NCBI GenBank assembly: GCA_963843145.1
Contig: CAWJJC010000003.1
Span: forward strand, 1 to 64,000
Length of the DNA: 64,000 bases
Source: an uncultured delta proteobacterium
Lineage (GTDB): Bacteria; Desulfobacterota; RBG-13-43-22
Direction: 5' to 3'
Shown here: positions 33,601 to 41,888 of the stretch, one piece after another
Layout: the number at the start of each line of letters is the position of its first letter
Numbering within the stretch: the first letter of the stretch is position 1
The notes under the pieces: model-generated
Told to the model about the DNA's origin: nothing
Seen by the model: the letters and a program-made list of their open reading frames with translations, nothing else
The model's database searches: none
Program-made: the position numbers and the translations under genes

Positions 33601-34750
33601 TTATGGGGGGGCCTCACAGGCCTTGACCTATGACCTCGACGGATTGTTGACGGGAGCCGGCACTTTTGCCATCACCCGGAATGCCCAGAACGGGCTACCG
33701 GTGGAGATTTCGGACGGCGTTTTTAGTGCCGCCCGAACCTTCAACGGATACGGGGAGTTGGAAGGGATCACCTATAGCTTGGGCGGCGTTAACCCCTACA
33801 GGTACAGCCTGACCCGTGACATTGCCGGCAGGGTCACGAACAAGGTTGAGGTCTTCGGAAGCGAGAGCCGCAGCTTTGGCTATACCTACGATAGCAACGG
33901 GCGTCTGGTTGAGGTCAGGGAAAACGGTAATGTCGTCGAGGCTTATACCTATGACGCCAATGGCAACCGGCTTTCGGAGACGAACCAGTATCGGGGGATT
34001 AATCAACGGGCTTATTCTCATTCCCTTGAAGATCATCTGGTTTCGGCCGGAAACGACACCTATCACTTTGATGCCGATGGGTTCTTGACCGGGAGGACAA
34101 CCGCTCAGGGTGCATTGGCCACCGTCTACTCCTCGCGGGGCGAACTGCTGTCAGCCTCCCTGCCGGACACCACGGCCATCACTTACGACCATGACCCGTT
34201 GGGAAGAAGGATCGCCAAAAAGGTGAATGGGACGGTAGTAGAGAAATATCTCTGGAAGGATACGACTACCCTCCTGGCGGTTCACGATGGGAACGACAAC
34301 CTGGTTACGCGGTTTAATTACGGGGATAATCGCCTGCCGGTTTCCATGACCCAAAATGGATCCACTTATTATCTCTTGGTCGACCAGATAGGCTCCCTTC
34401 GGGCGGTGACCGATCCTTCCGGAAATATTATCAAACGGGTCGATTACGATACCTTCGGGAACATAATCGTTGACACCAATACCGCCCTTTCGGTACCCTT
34501 CGGCTTTGCCGGAGGTTTGCACGAAAGGGCTACCGGCTTAGTCCGCTTCGGCGCCCGTGACTACGACCCCGCCATCGGCCGCTGGACCGCCAAGGACCCC
34601 ATCGATTTCGCCGGTGGAGATGCGAATTTGTATGGGTATGTGATGAATGACCCGGTGAATTGGGTGGATTCGGAGGGGCGGGCTGACGGAATGTACCAGA
34701 ATTCGCCCTACGTAATTCCTTATGCACATCACTGTTTCATTACGCTTTAA
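27644..34750 (+). CDS. Teneurin-like RHS/YD-repeat polymorphic toxin (signal peptide, propeller, IPT/TIG repeats, NHL repeats, RHS core)
   Basis: PEITSLTP-type IPT repeats, GYSGDGGPAT NHL repeats, YD repeats, RFGARDYDPAIGRWTAKDPI...DPVNWVDSEG. Confidence 0.93.
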   Translation: MVRSWLFRFVCLAIFFNSCFFTPITWGQDDPTLAVLGKISTDRIIDQLALSPGTGLAYGISKIGRLLYVLDLESSRVRKKVGLPQRPTGLAVNPQNNQAYVIARGPFPGDSLFVLNADGEILSRRSMPKNPQGIAINPEKGIAVVASADENKLLLLSTETLEKIKEIPLAYRPKRIALDPGSDRAVVSAKEHWGSIEANLLLIVDLNTGALLREMKFEEGILGLAAAKDMDRAVVVGREAIHLIDIQLGTLVSTIRPLISLTGEVKTGAGGAEGEDYVGVDINPATQTAVVIGEGGFVLIDLSTLLARDYPLNNDPVMKAVALDRFRNTFLGSYWISPAPLVLERGVLEVQLPNPAPEITSLTPAEAARGEDGRTITLEGKGFIKASEGYFSDRPLATTLLDNCHLELLIPKELFSQGGLFPLKVFNPEPQGGPSNSKDFAVKNPPPLLTALNPATVLAGTQDFLLEVYGSGFIAETLLTVGGQAKAYTLMNGTRLHVGLTAGDLETAGDPAVAVINPGPGGGPSNTISLSILNPLPLLASINPQAVKAGGPEFTLTLIGTNFTRASTVLFGQTPVPVIFLDSGRLEVVIPAEAVKDPGTYSVTVGNPAPGGGRSEAQDFSVTAVSSVAPLPGGSYGKPYEDLFPPDATIPSYDPKRFSLITGLVHDVNGIPFSGVTVSVLGHPEYGTASTDTGGRFSLPLDGGATFTIAYQKTGFLTAYRPIEADWNTIATAETLVMIAEDSAATAITFDGNAATIHRHTSSLISDAFGSRSLTMVFSGDNRAWVKDAQGNDQALTQITVRATEFTTPESMPAKLPPTSAFTYCAELSVDGAKNVRFEKPVVVWVDNFLGFNVGEVVPVGFYDRDRAVWVPSNNGVVVRILDTNGDGIVDAYTDGQNQYSVEGLNDRDRFVPGSTFWRLEINHFTPWDCNWPYGPPAGAIGPNPPSPPVTAIKGMDCELTHLSSYVENQECTFHEDLPLPGTDLFLHYASNRTPGFKPRVTIPASGSSVPASLLGIIVKMEVAGRVYEVTLPPQPNQQAEFIWDGRDYLGREVVGSARARVRIGFEYPPVYYSGSSISAQAFAQPGTEATWVQARETIIAWKESTLTLYRGKGDLAEGWTLSAHHLLNPSDPNTLHQGDGATLRNNIRTITTAAFAAPGVDGFSYFRGVVVDRAGNVYSADRYNYRYMKVDPSGLITYYSTLNTNIGPVRPSGLALDGAGNFYFTNPDAYFGGFVGKIDPMGHFAIIAGNRQQGYSGDGGPATEARLNYPEDLALDAYGNVYITDTWNNRIRKVDPNGIITTIAGNGQMGYSGDGGPAIQAELGFPSSLTVDSQGNIYFTDTYNGRVRKVDPGGMITTIAGNGQPGFSGDGGPATQASLANPEGLAVDRTGNLYVVDAYNYRIRMVDTAGIITTIAGNGERENNNGDGGPATQATVHDPEGLAVDGAGNIYVTISAYGKIKKISWPGAFQSQGFAGDTVFTDDNAQGYILDSTGTHRTTYDLATGKTLIAFGYDQDNKLISITDRFSNQTVIQRDGSGVPLSITSPDGQVTRLTVDGRNHLTAVAYPDNAVYTFAYTPEGLLTEKVDSRGNRYGHGYDASGLITQVFDPEGGNWSFSRTMDNAGTVSIAIQTAEGNAATYEDRTDFGGNYTSQKTDPSGSVSSFFRSYDGLSETEQSSCGLGLTMKYDIDSIFRYRYLKEFSQRSPAGLTRVATDAKTYEDTNRDTLPDRITKTLSLNGKTWISTHNTLSGTLTSTSPLGRTATRTYNPANLLTQNISVAGLLPLSYAYDERGRITGSTWGSRTSTIAYDEQGNIESLVTPDQKTYHFIYDPVGRPQAQVFPDNTLLLYHYDLNGNLDLLTNPNNLGYGFDYTKVNLRKSMSLPVSGSYLYSYDKDRNLKSIVFPSNKEITNTYTSGRLSKVTTPEGEITYSYLCGPLLAAAEKGPEKIDYGYDGSLLKTDSRTGLLNQTISYTYDNDFRLVSMTYGGASQALTYDLDGLLTGAGTFAITRNAQNGLPVEISDGVFSAARTFNGYGELEGITYSLGGVNPYRYSLTRDIAGRVTNKVEVFGSESRSFGYTYDSNGRLVEVRENGNVVEAYTYDANGNRLSETNQYRGINQRAYSHSLEDHLVSAGNDTYHFDADGFLTGRTTAQGALATVYSSRGELLSASLPDTTAITYDHDPLGRRIAKKVNGTVVEKYLWKDTTTLLAVHDGNDNLVTRFNYGDNRLPVSMTQNGSTYYLLVDQIGSLRAVTDPSGNIIKRVDYDTFGNIIVDTNTALSVPFGFAGGLHERATGLVRFGARDYDPAIGRWTAKDPIDFAGGDANLYGYVMNDPVNWVDSEGRADGMYQNSPYVIPYAHHCFITL

Positions 34751-35042
34751 CGGAGACAAAAAGGACACATTAAGCTTTGATCCATCTGGGGTCCATTCGG
34801 ACACCAGCTCCAGATTGGTGGCCGAGGAAATGCCAAGCTTACCAGGGCAATCAAAATGAGATTGCGTTAGGAGGGAGATGAAAAAATGCACAGGAGACCA
34901 ATACAACTTTACAGGTTTCAACTGCTGTCACTGCGCAGAGCAAGCAATGAAAGGTTGTGGCATTACAATACCGGTCAATAATTGGCCAAATTGGCCGGTC
35001 AATCCTGGGCCACAACCTGGTGAAGCGGGGTACAGGCCATAG
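34745..35042 (+). pseudogene. Out-of-frame continuation of the RHS C-terminal domain
   Basis: FNGDKKDTLSFDPSG...*DCVRREMKKCTGDQYNFTGFNCCHCAEQAMKGCG...YRP*. Confidence 0.6.
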
Positions 35043-35073
35043 TTGGACTAAGAGTCAATGAGGAAAGTCTTAT

Positions 35074-35453
35074 ATGGTAAGAGCTTGGGTTTTAGGAATC
35101 GTAATCCTCATTGTTTCAAACGGGGTTTGGCTGCTTGCTCTACAGTCTGCTGTTTTCATCCGTAGTATTAGTAATCTTGATGCAGATCTCTCCTTTTATC
35201 GCGGCTTTCATTTCGGCGAACATTGCGCCACGCAAGAAGATCTACTTGGCATTATCCTTAGCAATGCCAGGGCTTTTTTGATATTATAATGAATTTCATA
35301 TGCGAAATATTTGGCAAAGGTGTGGACTTACCAGGTTTCGAGGTGGGCTAGTTCTTTTCACAATTACATTGATATATAGTGCTGTCCTCTGCATATTGGG
35401 CGGTGCTGCGGGTTATTTTATCAGCAGAAATGAAGGAGGGAAAGTGGGATAGA
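35074..35453 (+). pseudogene. Putative immunity membrane protein, frameshifted
   Basis: AT-rich hydrophobic segments in several frames directly after the RHS tip. Confidence 0.45.
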
Positions 35454-35695
35454 TGTTATTGAAGGTTAACATTCGGAAATGGGTTCTCTACAATTTGTAA
35501 CAGTTTAATCCCTACTTTACCCGGCACTCATTGAGACTTCAGCTTGAGTTATTATACAAGGCGGCCTGAGCAGAGCCGTATCGGCGGTGAGGAGCGTTTG
35601 GAGGAATTCCCTGGAGGGACGCCCTGTCTTCTGGCGGTTTGGACCAAACTGGGAAGAATGCTGTGGGTTTTTGATCCGCTATCCGCGAGTACATT

Positions 35696-36714
35696 GTGCC
35701 AGGTCTTGACATTTGACAAAGGAAGGGGACGATGAAAGTAAAATGGGAAGGCCGATTAGAATAGAATATCCTGGGGCGCTGTATCATATAACCAGCCGGG
35801 GGAATGAGCGGAAGGATATTTTCCAGGATGGGGCCGATCGGGAGAAGTTTCTCGAAATCGTGGCGGATTACCACGATCGGTTTGGTATCTTAGTCCATGC
35901 CTATGTGTTGATGGACAATCATTACCATCTGGTGCTGGAGACCCCTCAGGGGAATCTGGTTAAGATTATGCACGGGATCAATGGCGCCTACACGAGTTGG
36001 TATAATCGGAAATATAATCGGGTCGGTCACCTCTTCCAGGGGAGGTATCGGGCAATCTTGGTCGATAAGGATTCTTACCTGGTCGAATTAAGCCGGTATG
36101 TTCATTTGAATCCCGTCAGGGCTGGGATGAGCAAGCGCCCGGAGCGGTATGCCTGGAGCAGTTTCCCCGGGTACGTCTGGAAAGAAAAGGTGGTTGCTTG
36201 GGTGGAATACGCCTGGGTCCTTTCCCAATTTGGAACCCGCCAAGATCGCAGTCGAAAGAAATACCGGGAATATGTGCACCAAGGGATAGTAAAGGAGGGA
36301 AACTCGATATCTAAGGAATTGGTCGGACAGGCCATCCTGGGCCAAGAGAAATTCATAGAGGAGATTAAGGGCCTAATTCAGGGAAAGGTGCTGGACCGAG
36401 AAATTACCGAACGGAAACGGCTGAAGCAATATCCTTCGCCCGAGGACATTCTGACGGCGGTGGCCGCGGTTATGGAAACGCAGGAAAAAGCCATTACGCG
36501 GCGAGGGTCCCGGCAGCCTTTAGCCAGGAAGATGGCGATCTATTTGATGAAGCGTTATTCGGGGTTAAGCAACCAGGAGGTTGGTGAGGTGTTTGGGGGA
36601 TTGCATTACAGCGCCGTTAGTCAGGCCTCCATCCGATTTGGAAAAATAGTTGAAGGGGACAGACAGTTGAAAAATCAACTTGAAACTGTTATGTCAAAAG
36701 TCAAGACCTGACAC
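35696..36714 (+). mobile_element. RAYT-like element bounded by 23-bp inverted repeats
   Basis: GTGCCAGGTCTTGACATTTGACA (35696-35718) / TGTCAAAAGTCAAGACCTGACAC (36692-36714), 21/23 match. Confidence 0.85.
35743..36711 (+). CDS. REP-associated-type Y1 (HUH) transposase with C-terminal DnaA-like HTH
   Basis: YHITSRGN, MDNHYHL (HUH), GHLFQGRY, RYVHLNPVRAG, WSS; C-terminal ARKMAIYL...EVGEVFGGLHYSAV. Confidence 0.92.
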   Translation: MGRPIRIEYPGALYHITSRGNERKDIFQDGADREKFLEIVADYHDRFGILVHAYVLMDNHYHLVLETPQGNLVKIMHGINGAYTSWYNRKYNRVGHLFQGRYRAILVDKDSYLVELSRYVHLNPVRAGMSKRPERYAWSSFPGYVWKEKVVAWVEYAWVLSQFGTRQDRSRKKYREYVHQGIVKEGNSISKELVGQAILGQEKFIEEIKGLIQGKVLDREITERKRLKQYPSPEDILTAVAAVMETQEKAITRRGSRQPLARKMAIYLMKRYSGLSNQEVGEVFGGLHYSAVSQASIRFGKIVEGDRQLKNQLETVMSKVKT

Positions 36715-36786
36715 CAAGAGGGGGGTTGACAGGTTCAAGGGGATGATTATTTTTTTATTAAAAATTAGGCAAAGGAGGGATCGACC

Positions 36787-37245
36787 ATGACGATTTGGCG
36801 CTGGGGTGCACCGGTTGTGAACCGGGGAAATTTCCCCGAAGTGAACCGACTGCAGCAAGAGATGGATCGTCTTTGGAATGTGGTATCGGGGGCCGGGACG
36901 GGGCTCGAAGCCTCTCGGGTCTTTCCACCGATCAATATTTCGGAGGACGAAAATCAGGTGGTGGTGCAGGCCGAACTTCCCGGGATTTCCGGGGAGCAAA
37001 TAGAATTGTCGCTGACCGGAGACCAATTGATCCTGCGGGGGGAACGCCGGACCACTCAATCGGGGGAAAAAATTAATTATCATCGCAAGGAACGGGAAGA
37101 GGGCGTATTTAGGCGCATCATCAACCTGCCGTCCCGGGTGGATTCCCAAAAGGTGGAAGCCCTTTCCAAAAACGGTATTTTAACTATTAAAATCGCCAAG
37201 GCTGAAGAGGTGAAACCTCGCCAGGTTTCCATCCAGACGGCCTAA
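36787..37245 (+). CDS. Hsp20 small heat shock protein
   Basis: FPPINISED..AELPG..EREEGVFRR..NGILTI. Confidence 0.93.
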   Translation: MTIWRWGAPVVNRGNFPEVNRLQQEMDRLWNVVSGAGTGLEASRVFPPINISEDENQVVVQAELPGISGEQIELSLTGDQLILRGERRTTQSGEKINYHRKEREEGVFRRIINLPSRVDSQKVEALSKNGILTIKIAKAEEVKPRQVSIQTA

Positions 37246-37269
37246 GGAAAGAAGGGGGGGGCATTCACC

Positions 37270-37674
37270 ATGAGCGAAAAAGAGATTCAGTTTAGAGGCA
37301 AACAGGAAGTCCAAGGTTCGGGCGAGCCGACCAAAACCGGGATCACTTTCGTGCCGGCCGTGGATATTTACGAGACCGAGGAGGCCCTGACCCTGGAAGC
37401 CGATATGCCCGGGGTCAGCCCGGAGGGCATACGGATTGATTTGAAGGACGATCAACTGACTGTCAGCGGGGAGGTTCTTGAATCGAAAGGAAACCAGGAA
37501 AGGGTTTTGCTGAAGGAATATGAAACCGGAAATTATTTTCGGCAGTTTGCCCTGGGGGAAGTGATCGATCAGTCCAAGATCACGGCCCAACTGAAAAACG
37601 GGGTTTTAACGCTGGTGTTGCCCAAAGTGGAGAAGGCGAAACCCCGGCGGATTGAAATCAAAGTAGAACAATAA
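37270..37674 (+). CDS. Hsp20 small heat shock protein
   Basis: PAVDIYET..ADMPGV..LKNGVLTLVLPK. Confidence 0.93.
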   Translation: MSEKEIQFRGKQEVQGSGEPTKTGITFVPAVDIYETEEALTLEADMPGVSPEGIRIDLKDDQLTVSGEVLESKGNQERVLLKEYETGNYFRQFALGEVIDQSKITAQLKNGVLTLVLPKVEKAKPRRIEIKVEQ

Positions 37675-37690
37675 ACGATACCCACAAAGG

Positions 37691-37924
37691 TTATTGCTTG
37701 GGCGCGGGCCTGGTTGCCGGGGATGAGGGTGCCGGGCCCGTGGCTTTTTTGGGGGCCTGACTTCTCAGGTATTGTCGTACCTTTTTGTCGGCTTCAATGA
37801 CTTCCTCCAGTTCCGGTCCGGAGATCATGTAAGAATAGCCCTTTTTGGCATCATGGGAAAGCCGAATCTGAAGACTGGTGGCCGCCAGCAGGAAAAGCAA
37901 ACATAGGCCGAGGATTTTCTTCAT
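37691..37924 (-). CDS. Small hypothetical exported protein
   Basis: RBS GAAGGA; MKKILGLCLLFLLAA signal-like start. Confidence 0.5.
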   Translation of the reverse strand: MKKILGLCLLFLLAATSLQIRLSHDAKKGYSYMISGPELEEVIEADKKVRQYLRSQAPKKATGPAPSSPATRPAPKQ

Positions 37925-38024
37925 AGGAGGTCCTTCACGGTGCGGCATAGCCGCAACCAAAGACAAAAGACGATCTCTCGCAGAGCGCGCAGAGATCGCA
38001 GAGAAATGACATTTTTTTTGTTCA

Positions 38025-39101
38025 TCATATCTGGGCGCTGAAGCGTTTCCGGGCCAGATGACAGACCTCGTTCAATAAGTGTAATAAATCGGCGGCCGTT
38101 TCTTCATCCAACGTCCCCAGCCCGCAGGCTGGGGTCAACAGGGCCTGAGAGTGCAGTCGGTTCGAATCGATCCCCTGGCGGATCAAGGAATCAAAATACC
38201 CCTGCAGTCGCTCCAGTAACCCTTCCGCAGTCTCCCGGCCGGTATAATCGTTGGTGGGGACGATTCCCCAGGCGATGGCCCGGTCCTGTTCCAGGAAAGC
38301 TCGGATATCCCGGGGGTAGAGCAGAAAGGCCTCCCCGAAGGCAAAGGCATCCAGGTTGATCAAATCGAGATCCAGGGAAAGCAGCAGAGACCAATCCGTA
38401 TTGCCGCAACAGTGGAGCCCGATCAGGGCGTTGCTTTTTTCTCGGATCAACCGAATGGTTTCCCCCAGGATATCCAAAACCTCCGAGCGGGACAAAGGGG
38501 TAAAGGCCGACCCATAGCCGGAGAGGGACGGCTCGTCGATAAACAGCAAGGCCTTTTTCCCCAGGGCCGCTATCTGTTCAATTTGACTCAGACCCTGGCA
38601 GGCCAAACCCTTGATTACCGCATCCAGCAGTTCGGGATCGTGGATCAGAAAGCGGTCGCGCTCATCCTTCAGGCTCAAGCCCAGAGTGACCGGTCCGACA
38701 ATCTGCCCCTTGAGGTAAGGAGCGGAGGCCTTCCGGGTCTGAATTTCGTGGAGCAGAGTAAAAAAGCCCGAGGCGAAATCGGGCCGTAAAGCAAAAAAAT
38801 CCAAGTTCCCGGACATGAATTTTTCATAAAAATCCAGCAGCGTCTGGGACCGGTTGCAGGAGGGATCAATCCGCACCGTTCGATTCTCAAGGTCCGGCTG
38901 CAGGCAAGGCAGGGGAGGGCTGAATTGAATCAGCATTTCCTCCCGGGGGCTGACCCGGACCATTTGGGGCCAGAAAGGGATCAGAAAGTCCAGGTCCAGA
39001 ATCACCTGGCAGGCCCGCTGAGGGGAAAGGAAGGGGACGCTCCCGATCCCGGCCCCGGAAAAAGAAGGCAGACCTCTCCAGTTCAGGGAGGAGGCGCTCA
39101 T
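38025..39101 (-). CDS. MetE-like (cobalamin-independent methionine synthase C-domain) protein
   Basis: GIGSVP, KGQIVGPVT, FIDEPSL, GLHCCGN, LLTPACGLG. Confidence 0.85.
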   Translation of the reverse strand: MSASSLNWRGLPSFSGAGIGSVPFLSPQRACQVILDLDFLIPFWPQMVRVSPREEMLIQFSPPLPCLQPDLENRTVRIDPSCNRSQTLLDFYEKFMSGNLDFFALRPDFASGFFTLLHEIQTRKASAPYLKGQIVGPVTLGLSLKDERDRFLIHDPELLDAVIKGLACQGLSQIEQIAALGKKALLFIDEPSLSGYGSAFTPLSRSEVLDILGETIRLIREKSNALIGLHCCGNTDWSLLLSLDLDLINLDAFAFGEAFLLYPRDIRAFLEQDRAIAWGIVPTNDYTGRETAEGLLERLQGYFDSLIRQGIDSNRLHSQALLTPACGLGTLDEETAADLLHLLNEVCHLARKRFSAQI

Positions 39102-39658
39102 TTGGCCCGTTCGATGTAGGCCCCGGTTCGGGTATCGATCCGCAATTTGTCCCCTTCCGCGATAAACAGCGGGACCTGGATCACGAACCCGGTTTCCAGG
39201 GTGGCCGGTTTGTTCCCCCCGCTGGCCGTGTCGCCCTTGAAACCGGGATCGGTAGCGGTCACCGTCAGTTCCACAAAGGTCGGCAATTCCAGACCGATGG
39301 GTTCCTGGCGGTAATTCAGGATTTTGAGGTTAATGTTTTCCTGAAGGAACTGGGCCTGTTCGCCCACTTGTTCCGCGGTCAGTTCCACCTGATCATAGCT
39401 CACGTTATCCATAAAAACGAATTTGTCCCCTTCTCGGTAGAGGAACTGCATGTCTTTTTCCTCCAGGTCGGGGCGGTCCACTTTTTCGCCGGATCGAAAG
39501 GTCTGGTCGGTCACTCGCCCATTGAGCAAATTTTTTAACTTGGTCCGGATGAAGGCCCCGCCTTTCCCCGGTTTGACATGCTGGAAATCAACGATCAAAT
39601 AGGGCTTGTTCTCTATTTCGATTCGCAACCCTTTGCGAAAGTCGGCAGTGGAATACAT
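39098..39658 (-). CDS. efp: Elongation factor P
   Basis: FQHVKPGKGGAF, PGFKGDTA, KPATLETG. Confidence 0.98.
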   Translation of the reverse strand: MYSTADFRKGLRIEIENKPYLIVDFQHVKPGKGGAFIRTKLKNLLNGRVTDQTFRSGEKVDRPDLEEKDMQFLYREGDKFVFMDNVSYDQVELTAEQVGEQAQFLQENINLKILNYRQEPIGLELPTFVELTVTATDPGFKGDTASGGNKPATLETGFVIQVPLFIAEGDKLRIDTRTGAYIERAK

Positions 39659-39759
39659 AGGTTTAAAATAATCCTCCTTAATTCAAAGTTGATGTGTTTG
39701 CAAAAAGTCCGTCAGAGCGTGTTTGTCATTTCAGAAACCGGAAGGTGAAAGAGAACCCT

Positions 39760-40266
39760 CTACTGGCCGGCCTTCTGCAATTGTTCCAGCCATTTTTTAA
39801 GGGTGGGCACCACCAGAGAATCCGAAGCACTGGTACTCTTTTCCTCTCTGGGGACTTCCTGTCCCCGGCCGATATCCTCCGGAAAATTGTCCACTACTCC
39901 GGCCAGGAGAACGGCCCACTCGGAAAAAGATTCCTGCCCTTGAACCCTCAAGGATTCCCCCAATTCTTTCAGAACTCCGGATAGCGGTTTGAATCCCGAG
40001 GCAAATGTTTTTATTTCTGCCAGGGCCCCGGCCGTTTCCCCGAGATCCAATTGGCATAAAGCCCGAAGTAGTCGAATTTCGTTCTGATTGGGAAAAAAAT
40101 CAAGACCTATCCGGCAGATTTCCACCGCCTGCCGGGTTTGACCCTGGCTGCGAAACAAACGGATCATGGCCGTCAATAGGGGGATCGAGGGATCAATTTT
40201 AACGGCGAACTCTTCAGTGCCTTGTTCGTTTTTACCGGCGATGATCAGTTGCGGGGGATTTGGCAT
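39760..40266 (-). CDS. TPR-like hypothetical protein
   Basis: Helical repeat pattern QAVEICRIGLDFFPN; in operon context. Confidence 0.6.
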   Translation of the reverse strand: MPNPPQLIIAGKNEQGTEEFAVKIDPSIPLLTAMIRLFRSQGQTRQAVEICRIGLDFFPNQNEIRLLRALCQLDLGETAGALAEIKTFASGFKPLSGVLKELGESLRVQGQESFSEWAVLLAGVVDNFPEDIGRGQEVPREEKSTSASDSLVVPTLKKWLEQLQKAGQ

Positions 40267-40582
40267 GCGCTGGGGCCTCCTTTTTATTTTCGTCGTCTAT
40301 AAAAAATATAATTTCATTCGGTCTGACCAATCCAAATTCCTTTCGGGCCACTTCTTCCAAATAGAGGGGGTCCTGTTTTAACCGGGTGATTTCCCGATAG
40401 AGAGTTTCATTTTTTTTGTTTAATTCCTGGTTATCCCTAATTAAACTCTCACGTTTTTCGGCCAGTTGATGGATTTGCCGCATGCCCTCGTAGCCATGTA
40501 CGGTGAGGAAGAAAAAACCGGAGACCAAGACCAGCAGCATCAGCCAAAAGACCCAGCGAGAAGGCAACCTAAGAGGGGACAT
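40232..40582 (-). CDS. ftsB: Septum formation initiator FtsB/DivIC
   Basis: TM helix, coiled coil, YLEEVARKEFGLVRPNE. Confidence 0.88.
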   Translation of the reverse strand: MSPLRLPSRWVFWLMLLVLVSGFFFLTVHGYEGMRQIHQLAEKRESLIRDNQELNKKNETLYREITRLKQDPLYLEEVARKEFGLVRPNEIIFFIDDENKKEAPAHAKSPATDHRR

Positions 40583-41753
40583 TTCGCCGTGGTTCCTTTA
40601 TATTCCAGTGGAGTCCGGTGAAACGCCGCACTCTTTTCTTGAATTCCCGGAAAAAACCGCCATAGCTTTCCTGCCCTTGCAAGATTTGGAAGTAAATATG
40701 CATAATACCTGGATGTCTTTTCAAAAGCCACCAAAAAAGTCGGGGCCAGGCATAGACCCAGAAGGCCAATCGCAAGGCATAGCCGAATTCCGGCACCAGG
40801 GTTTGGGCCAGGGCCTGATCGTAGCCACCCAACTCCGGCCGACTTTTCCCCAGGGCCTGATGGATGGTTTGGGCTCCCAGTTGGCCGCTCCACAAAGCGT
40901 AATAAATGCCTTCCCCTAAAAAGGGGTCAACTAACCGGGCCGCGTCGCCGGCCCAGAGTACTCTTCCGCGGGAGTAGGCCCTTGGCCGGCCATCGAAACA
41001 GGGGATAGGATGGCCTTTCAAACGAGGACGATCCTGGGGACCGGGGGACATCGTTCGAAATTTACGGATACCGGATTGGGGGTCTTTTTCCTTTTTCGGC
41101 CAAAAACTGAGCCCAACGGAGAGGCTGTCCTCGCAGGGAAAGATCCAGCCATACCCGAAGTTCAGTGAACCCAAATAGATGGCCACGGTATCTTTCGGCC
41201 AGTGCCCGATCTGGTCGGAGTCCTTCAGCCGGCCTTCCAGGGCCTGGTAGGTCAAAAAACTTCGCCTGGCCCGCTGCCCAGGGGGCAGGGTATCATAAGC
41301 TCCCTGGGCCAAGATCAAAAACCGGGCCCGAAAACTTTGGCCGGGAGTAAAGGCCTCTATGGATTCGGCGTCTTCCCGAAAGGCGGTCAAGGGGGTTTGA
41401 AACCGAATCTCCGCTCCGGCCTGAACGGCTTCCCGGGCCAGCAAGAGGTCGAATCTCTCCCGGCGGATCATGTAGGCGACCGGTTGGTCGGAGGCGTATT
41501 CCCATTTTTGGTTCGGATGAAAATGGAATACGACCCGGTTGATCGTCCCTTCCACGACTTCATCCAGGAAAGGCCGGGAAAGGAAACGCTCCACTCGCTT
41601 GGAGATGCAGCCCCCGCAAGGTTTAGACCGCGGGAAAACCTTTTTCTCCAGGACTAAGACCTTTCGACCCGCCCGGCTCAGGGTGATTGCGGCCTGAGAA
41701 CCCGCCGGGCCGGCACCGACAATAATTACATCGTAATCGATGGGGGGAAGCAT
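40569..41753 (-). CDS. Geranylgeranyl reductase-family FAD oxidoreductase
   Basis: VGAGPAGS, PRSKPCGG, GYGWIFP, GDAARLVDPFLGEGI. Confidence 0.9.
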   Translation of the reverse strand: MLPPIDYDVIIVGAGPAGSQAAITLSRAGRKVLVLEKKVFPRSKPCGGCISKRVERFLSRPFLDEVVEGTINRVVFHFHPNQKWEYASDQPVAYMIRRERFDLLLAREAVQAGAEIRFQTPLTAFREDAESIEAFTPGQSFRARFLILAQGAYDTLPPGQRARRSFLTYQALEGRLKDSDQIGHWPKDTVAIYLGSLNFGYGWIFPCEDSLSVGLSFWPKKEKDPQSGIRKFRTMSPGPQDRPRLKGHPIPCFDGRPRAYSRGRVLWAGDAARLVDPFLGEGIYYALWSGQLGAQTIHQALGKSRPELGGYDQALAQTLVPEFGYALRLAFWVYAWPRLFWWLLKRHPGIMHIYFQILQGQESYGGFFREFKKRVRRFTGLHWNIKEPRRNVPS

Positions 41754-41888
41754 AGAGTCACCCTACTGATTTCCCGTGGAAAAATCAAAATTTATTTATC
41801 TGCGGCCACGGTATCCCTATCAAAATATTTGAAATAAAGCTTTTCTTCGGTTAAGATAGAATATCGAACACCACATAGGGAGGAACCG

